DNA of 64,000 nucleotides from contig NW_027103826.1 in NCBI RefSeq assembly GCF_902728285.1, positions 116,759-180,758 on the forward strand, given 5' to 3'. The notes under the pieces are model-generated. The model worked only from the letters and a program-made list of their open reading frames with translations. It made no database searches and was not told the DNA's origin. Positions within the stretch are counted from its first letter, which is position 1; each line of letters opens with the position of its first letter. Of this stretch, positions 58,201 to 64,000 are shown one piece after another. The position numbers were made by a program, and so were the translations under genes. The DNA comes from Clytia hemisphaerica. Taxonomy: Eukaryota.

Positions 58201-60280
58201 GAAATGATCTAAAATACAAAATAAAATCAATCAGAATTCAAGACGAGATATCAAAGGATGAGAAAGGACCTTAATGCATTTTTCTTTGAAAATATTATGC
58301 GACCTTTTCTAAATAAAGTATTATTATTATCCATATAGCGGTCATAAAGTAAGCCATTAAAGGTTCAATCGGCGGGCGGTATTGAAAGGTTTTGTGACTC
58401 AAATTGTCATACCCTCGCTAAGGAAACTAAAGCGCCAGGCTTCAGAGGGCTAAACTATCATTAACTGCCCGGGTATAGGGCAATAATGTCATTTGCGGTC
58501 CGCTCGGAATTGGATTGAAGTCGTTGCATTGAAGCAAAGAGACTAAACTAACGTCAGAAAAAAACATTTTTGGTCATTTGTAGCCCGCTCGCAAGGTGCT
58601 AAAAATTTGTTGAAGACATTGCATTGAAACAAAAAGAATTGGTTGACGCTAGAAAAAAACGTTGTTTGAATGTCCGATATGGATAATAATAGTAATAGCG
58701 TTAAGTTTTCGTTCGTTGTTGTCATTAATTCTGCCCTTGCAGAAAATAACAACAATGACCTCAAACTGAACGCTATTGTTACATTATACGTTTGGCTGTA
58801 TACAGTTGGTTATGTCTAGTTCAAACTCGAAGGGGAACTCTTCTTAGACCATGTTCTCACACGCGACGGTTCCGTTTCGCTCCGAAACGGAATGAAGCCA
58901 TTCTATTGGTTGGAAGTGACGTAACACTTGAATGTAACCAATAGAATGACTTCATTCCGTTTCGGAGCGAAACGGAACCATCACGTGCGAACATGGCTTT
59001 AAACAAAAAGATTCGGGCTCGAATCAATCTATATTGGACTATTTTTTACTCAATAGTTTTCTCTGGCGGAAGAATGAAACTTACAACTTGAAGAAGCATG
59101 ACTCTCAATTCACTGGTCTTCAAATCCATAGATAAACGTTCCAAACACAACGAGATGAAAGCTGGTATCGTCTGAAATTTAAAGAAAATGAAATGCACGT
59201 TAAACTATCATATATACCAGTGGTATCATATGATATGAGATCGCCCGATTTTCATGTATTGTAGTACCGATAAATCTGGGACTAGGAGAGCCTAAAGTCG
59301 AGGGTACCAATTCTTTCTTGAGTTGAGATGTGTTTTGTTACGCACGTAAGTTATGACGTGTAATGGTTGAGAGGGATTGGCTGGATATCAGGTGGTATGA
59401 CGTATACTTTATTTTTAACATTCGGAAAGCTTTATGTAAGCTTCATTTAAGGATTACAGTGAGTTTCAGTTGACAATCGTAAGTTTAAACTAAGAAAAAC
59501 CCATTAAAGACTCCGTTTAACGGTGCCACAGGCTTGACACTAAGTTATGAAAAATCAACAATATACAATACGAGATACTTACGCTATCCAAATGACCACG
59601 GTATTGCAAAACAATGACTTCTAACAACTTAGCCGCTTGACACTGCGCTCCTTCCCCTGTGTACTCGATCAACATCTAAAAAATCCAACACATTTATGAA
59701 ATGGTTTTCATCTGGAAATATCAATAAAGAATAGGTCTGGAAACGAGAACGTAGAATTTGAAATAATTTCTATTTTTTTGACCACGTGAACAAAAAAGAG
59801 TGGGCAATCTATACAGTATTTTGACTTGGTGACGTCGCAAGGCTTTCATCCCCCTCTTTGAGGGATTTCTAAAAAAATTCAAATCAACTTCCAGCCTATT
59901 TGATTCACGTTGTGGAGTAATCAAGCGATAAATACCATGCGAAAAAAAGAGACCCTCTACATCTACATCTACGTCTACATACTGACTGACTGAGGACGAC
60001 GGTAAAACACTTTTACCGTCCTCAATTTTGCGGGTCAGAACTGTTGGTCAGTCAATTCAGTCACTCCTCCGCCGTCCTCAAAAATACATAAACTCGCTTA
60101 CAATAAGTGGTAACACATAATCAAAAAAAGAAAAACAGACAAAAAATCTGCAGCATTCCCTTCAAATAGGCACGATACCAACCTGTTTACACATGTTGAA
60201 GATCACTTCACAATACTTGGGATTGGCCAGAAATGCTTGAGGATCCACAGTGACGTAGTTGTGTAAGCATGGCATCATTT
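52275..60280 (-). CDS. Unidentified multi-exon gene (HEAT/karyopherin-like exons, acidic exons, Gly/FG-rich C-terminus). Exons 60183..60280, 59583..59675, 57099..57247, 56719..56772, 53877..53947, 53389..53509, 52659..52775, 52275..52390 (stop)
   Basis: All junctions are canonical GT-AG with consistent phases. The exons encode ..MMPCLHNYVTVDPQAFLANPKYCEVIFNMCKQ, MLIEYTGEGAQCQAAKLLEVIVLQYRGHLDS (compare importin-beta ..CLEAYTGIVQG..), MHDRKVYVFGICSLLTLPPENRPQAVELFAPQFVPALLVVFKGLITMYE, YEKDIEEETEEKPAEEE, ELNDSDDEYDEEGTQYVEMLNQKR, DKGFDFFDDDEFANELEMFTTPLDDNPYVDEFITFKNTFQ, GIQAGDGKLFTVMTQSLNEEQKNNVQFVINTGINKQNKL and ESMKLEEQGGFQFQVANGGGGGAAPEQNFNFGGSLPSA*. An exon between 57248 and 59582 is missing. 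The LINE fragment and a SINE lie in its introns. Confidence 0.35.
52990..53215 (-). mobile_element. tRNA-derived SINE, copy 3 (3'-truncated)
   Basis: Head ..GGCGCAGTAGTGTAGTGGTTATCAATTTTGACTGCCATCCAGAAGGTCGGGTTTCGATTCCC.. plus the core cacttgtcaagtgaat and ggcatgggtcggcccggg. Confidence 0.55.
54000..56100 (-). mobile_element. Non-LTR retrotransposon (LINE) fragment: RT domain, 5'-truncated, interrupted by a nested MITE, (TAA)n-like 3' tail near 54000
   Basis: ORF 55448..56002 has RT motifs (ILMDLSKAYDCLP; GVPQGSILGPFLFNIF). 54880..54965 encodes SDREAELCNFADDNTL (the FADD box). ORF 54125..54874 is the RT C-terminal part. 54986..55668 is an inserted element with TIRs and a roughly 8-bp TSD. 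Confidence 0.65.
54986..55668. mobile_element. MITE nested inside the LINE RT: 30-bp TIRs (AGGGGGGGTCTATGTACAAAAAAGCGGCATG), ~8-bp TSD GGTCAGAC/GGTCAGAT, internal ~60-bp tandem repeats (GGGGTGTCAGGGTCAAATTTC..)
   Basis: The TIR reverse complement is at 55636..55668. Flanking 8-mers differ at one position. The insertion separates the RT motifs from the FADD box. Confidence 0.55.
58859..58990. repeat. Near-perfect hairpin palindrome (44-bp arms, 30-bp loop containing TGACGTAA)
   Basis: ggttccgtttcgctccgaaacggaatgaagccattctattggtt ... aaccaatagaatgacttcattccgtttcggagcgaaacggaacc. Confidence 0.6.
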
Positions 60281-60389
60281 CTGGAAAATAATCTAAGCAT
60301 TTTTTAGATCAGGATGGTCGAGAGAGAAAAAGTAAGGGCCAAAATTGAAATATAATTGAATCTATGGATTTTATACATCTTGTTGAAAG

Positions 60390-61763
60390 GAGTCTGCTAA
60401 ATTGCGTGGGTTGCGTGGGTGCGTGGGTCAATATTTTTGCGTGGGTTAATATTTTTGCGTGGGTCATTTTTTTGCGTGGGTGCGTGGGTCAAAATATTTT
60501 TTGCGTGGGTCAAATTTTTTGCGTGGGTCAATTTTTTTTGCGTGGGTCAAATTTTTTGCATGGGTCATTTTTTTTGCGTGGGTCATTATTTTTTTGCGTG
60601 GGTCAATTTTTTTTTGCGTGGGTCAAATTTTTTGCGTGGGTCAAAATTTATGCGTTGGTCATTATTTTTTGCGTGGGTCATATTTTGTGCGTGGGTCATA
60701 TTTTTTGCGTGGGTCATTATTTTTTGCGTGGGTCAAAGTTTTTGAGTGGGTCACTATTTTTTTGGTGATTTTTTAGTTAAGTCGATTTTTTTACCAAATT
60801 AAAACTTTCGAGTTAGCTAAGACGTTTTCTTTGTCAAAATAAAAATTTTAAGTTATCTTATACAAAAATGTGTTGTGTATATATCTACGAAAACTAAACA
60901 AAAGCACACAGTTTTTATGTAGTAACACCTTGTGGTTTATTTTACATAGCTGCACTTATTTACTATAACATTATACAGAATCAACACACACCCGTCTAAT
61001 TTTTGTAGACACACTTCAGGATCACACTTTTGAATTTTAGCATGCTATATTTCAGGATTCCAGTGTCATGGAAATAAACACTATAACTTTAATTTTTTCC
61101 TCCCTTTTCTATTGCTTTGAAAAAAAGTACAGCGTCTTTATTTCGTCCAATTTTTAAATTGGCCTTTAATGTACTTAAATCAAAGAAATTACAAGTGGGG
61201 TGGACGAAATAATTGACAACGATTAAATTGTTTAGTAATCGGTCGCCTAATGAATATAACTTTTGTAGAAAAATTTTCAGATTTTGTCGCCATTTGCTTT
61301 GTTCTTTAACACTCAAAGGAAACCCAAAAGATTAAAGCGTGCTATAAGAAGCTTTAAAGCTTCTAAAAATATTCTATAAAGCTTCCTCTTATAAAAAGAC
61401 AGCTACAGCTATGCAAAATAAACAAAATAAACCAAAACGTGTTATGTAAAACACATCCAACATTTTGGATGTGACCAGTTCGAATTTCAAGGGAAGGCAT
61501 TTTTTCGAATTACAGAGAGAATTTTGACCCACGCAAAAATTTGACCCACGCAAAAATATGACCCAAACAATAACCCACGCAAAAAATAATGACCCACGCA
61601 AAAATTTTGACCCACGCAAAAAATTTGACCCACGCAAAAAATTGACCCACGCAAAATTTTTAACCCACGCAAAAAATATTTTGACCCACGCACCCACGCA
61701 AAAATTACCCACGCAAAAATATCGACCCACGCACCCACGCAACCCACGCAATTTAGCAGACTC
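60390..61763. mobile_element. 1.37-kb non-autonomous foldback-like element with a 9-bp TSD, TGTTGAAAG
   Basis: Termini GAGTCTGCTAAATTGCGTGGG and CCCACGCAATTTAGCAGACTC are reverse complements. TGTTGAAAG at 60381..60389 recurs at 61764..61772. Inverted TTTTGCGTGGGTCA(n) mini-arrays (60400..60770 and 61510..61755) flank ~740 bp. Confidence 0.7.
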
Positions 61764-61802
61764 TGTTGAAAGTGCTTAACTAAGAGTCAATTGTAGGCAC
61801 CA

Positions 61803-63437
61803 TGGGGGGGGGGGGGTGGGTTCACTTTTACGGTATGACGGTATTGGGCCTTTTTACCCCCGGTAAATCGGTATTACGAGAAAAAAACGACGGGATTACG
61901 GTATTTCATTTTCTACCGGTGTCGGTAAATTGCCTGTTTTTTTGTCGGTATTTCGATATTTTTATCAATAAAAAACGGTATTTCGGTATAAAACTATTTA
62001 CCTTTTAGTTTCTTCATGAGTTTCATGAAGAAATTTTTCAAAAAAGATAAGTCTACTCCGCTATTTAAACCAGTAAAATTTTCTTGCTCGCTTCGCTCGC
62101 ACAATCTTGGATGTCCTATTGACTTATTGTCATGGTGAGGTTCTTCAAAATAAGCAAAACTTTACGATATCTAAACAAATATTTTCGTAAATTTTCTGCG
62201 GGCGCATTTTTTAATGACAATTTTTGTGATGCAAATACTGCATCCAACGAATGAGTCTAGATGAAATTTTCTCCGTCAGCACTTAATGATATGGTCGTCT
62301 CTCCGTATTCACCTATATTGCTACTACAATACAATACACTGATACTGCAGTAACTTAGAGACAGTAAAGGCGGTATTTACTCCTTCAATAATTAGTAAAA
62401 GTAGGTTGTTCTAAAAACATCTTGTGCAGTATCGAACGATTAAAAAATAGTTCACATCATGATGCACATAATGCGTTTTCAGGCAATCTAGGCATTCTAA
62501 ATTTTTAATTTTTTCTTGGGCGAAACTCTTGGAACGCCGCACCAGGTACGGCAGGTACGTCGCTTGCCATACCATATTTTTCTTTTTGCCAACAAATGGT
62601 CAGTGTTAAATAAAATCAAAAATTGTGTGACCAAACAAGGCATCCTTGGCTAACAATAGCGTATTAATGCCGTTTTTCAATAACAAAGAAGAGCGAAAAT
62701 TTTCGAATTTAGAATTCGCGTCCTCTAGTTGCACCACAGCACCACCTCTATGAAACCTGTGTTGAAGTCTACGGCTTCTCAGACCATGATTGGACCAAAC
62801 CGCGATTTTTAATTAATTCTCAATATAAAAGACATCTTACGGGTCTGCGAGAAAGAAATTATTGGGGGAAAGGCTTAATTTTGCATTCGCCTCCCGTGAC
62901 AAGCAAGTAACTTTGGCGCGGCAGACCTAAAATATTGCTTTATGAAAGCTCAAACAGCTGTAAAAGAGGCCTTAAAAAGTCGATGATATCGAGAATAAGG
63001 TCACAAAACTAGCAAAAAACTTTATATATTGGTGAAAATGTTTGGTATAAGAACAGGTTTAAAAGAGACCATAAAAAGGTTAAATTTAGCCCAATAAGGT
63101 CACAATCGTTTAACCAAAGATGTAAAAGCAAAATTGGTGCGTGAACGTGAAAATGTTTTTTTTCGCGCGTGAATACGTGAATTGGCAAAAATTTGTGCGT
63201 GAATACCTGAATTGAGGGTTGACTGGAGGGCCTCATAAAGTACAAGACTTGTTTGTACAGTTTCTAATTTGTTACTACACAATAGATTTGATAACTGAAA
63301 ATTCATTATTTTCGAGAAAAAAAACACATAAATATAATATCGGTATCGGTATAAGGCTTCCTTCACCGACGGTATAACGGTATTTGACCCAAAATTTTGT
63401 CGGTATGACGGTATTTAAGACCCCTGAAACCTCCCCC
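61803..63437. mobile_element. ~1.6-kb element with a poly-G (61803) and poly-C (63428) tipped inverted terminus and CGGTAT/ACGGTATT internal repeats. Same family type as 24885..25156
   Basis: ATGGGGGGGGGGGGTGGGTT versus AACCTCCCCCCCCCCAT. ggtatgacggtatt motifs lie near both ends. Confidence 0.35.
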
Positions 63438-64000
63438 CCCCCATCATGTTTATCACACAAAACAATTTTGGGTTGACAAATCTAATAATGATATACAAAT
63501 ATTCCGACAAACAAAGTCCAGGGTTTGAAAGAACAATAACTGTGGTAAGAAAATTATTTTCTTGTTTAGCCAGGTAACATTTTATTTAGCTCATTCAGGG
63601 CAATTCGAGGAAAAGTCTTACCAGTAAAGTAGTCCGCAGTATCGTTGTGGAAAGTTTCCATCAGTAAGAATAAGACATTCCACATTACTGGTGACACTTG
63701 GACAGTGGTACATTCATTGATCAATGCAAACACTTCTTCGTAATATTCTAAATGGAAGAAGGCGTGACAATGCTTAGAAGAATAGTTTATTTTGAAAAAG
63801 AAAAGTAAATTCACAGGATGATTCTGTTAAGAGAAGGACGATTGCCAGGCCGTACGGCGTTTTCAGGAGGTCGAAGTGGCCTTGGTGCATCTCTAACGAA
63901 TGGAGAACAAGCCGGCGAAATATCTAAGACGTAGCATCAAAACAGCAGACTAGCCAATTGGACTATAAAAATTACATATATCTGCTGTCAAAAAGTCTCA

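Noticed and set aside
1-64000. A prokaryotic defence or novel operon-type system
   Set aside because: GT-AG introns, SINEs, MITEs, LINE RT and metazoan gene families (COLGALT, FReD, ANK) show this is eukaryotic nuclear DNA. The IS1595-like transposase has introns, so it is the eukaryotic Merlin lineage.

Overview
This window reads as AT-rich nuclear DNA from an invertebrate metazoan, not a prokaryote. It has spliced genes with GT-AG introns, tRNA-derived SINEs, many MITEs, minisatellites and homopolymer C/G tracts. I found no CRISPR array, operon or prokaryotic defence system. The host genes I can support are as follows. (1) Two tandem paralogous GT25 collagen-galactosyltransferase (COLGALT/GLT25D)-like genes on the minus strand. 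Gene B is reconstructed completely: 10 exons, 1611 coding nt, 536 aa, with a signal peptide and an RTDL ER-retention-like end. (2) A single-exon fibrinogen-related (FReD/FREP-like) secreted protein gene. (3) A small ankyrin-repeat gene. (4) An unidentified multi-exon minus-strand gene with HEAT-like, acidic and Gly/FG-rich exons. The most unusual structure is an 18,341-bp element at 26542..44882. It is bounded by a perfect 8-bp target-site duplication (CAAAAATC) and by kb-scale inverted arms. Each arm is a unique ~110-bp terminus plus an inverted 25-bp minisatellite array, a foldback-like architecture. It sits inside intron 6 of COLGALT-like gene B. Inside it are a full-length, intron-containing IS1595/ISXO2 (Merlin-superfamily) DDE transposase gene (5 exons, 311 aa) and a 4.85-kb tandem duplication. 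The duplication carries a second copy of the transposase that lacks the 5' exon. There is also an L1 ORF1p-like (Transposase_22) gene with an N-terminal PHD-like zinc finger and no ORF2; it is intact in one duplicate and frameshifted in the other. A third, divergent transposase paralogue has apparent catalytic-motif substitutions, and a 1.25-kb palindrome of coding-like repeats is also inside. A 1.37-kb non-autonomous element with the same architecture and a 9-bp TSD lies at 60390..61763. Other mobile DNA includes piggyBac-type TTAA MITEs (one tandem pair), Tc1/mariner-type TA MITEs, a MITE carrying a tRNA-like module with a 9-bp TSD, poly-G/poly-C-tipped elements, an 8-bp-TSD (hAT-like) MITE nested inside a LINE RT fragment, and three copies of a tRNA-derived SINE. 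All homology statements come from reading translated motifs by eye; no database search was possible.
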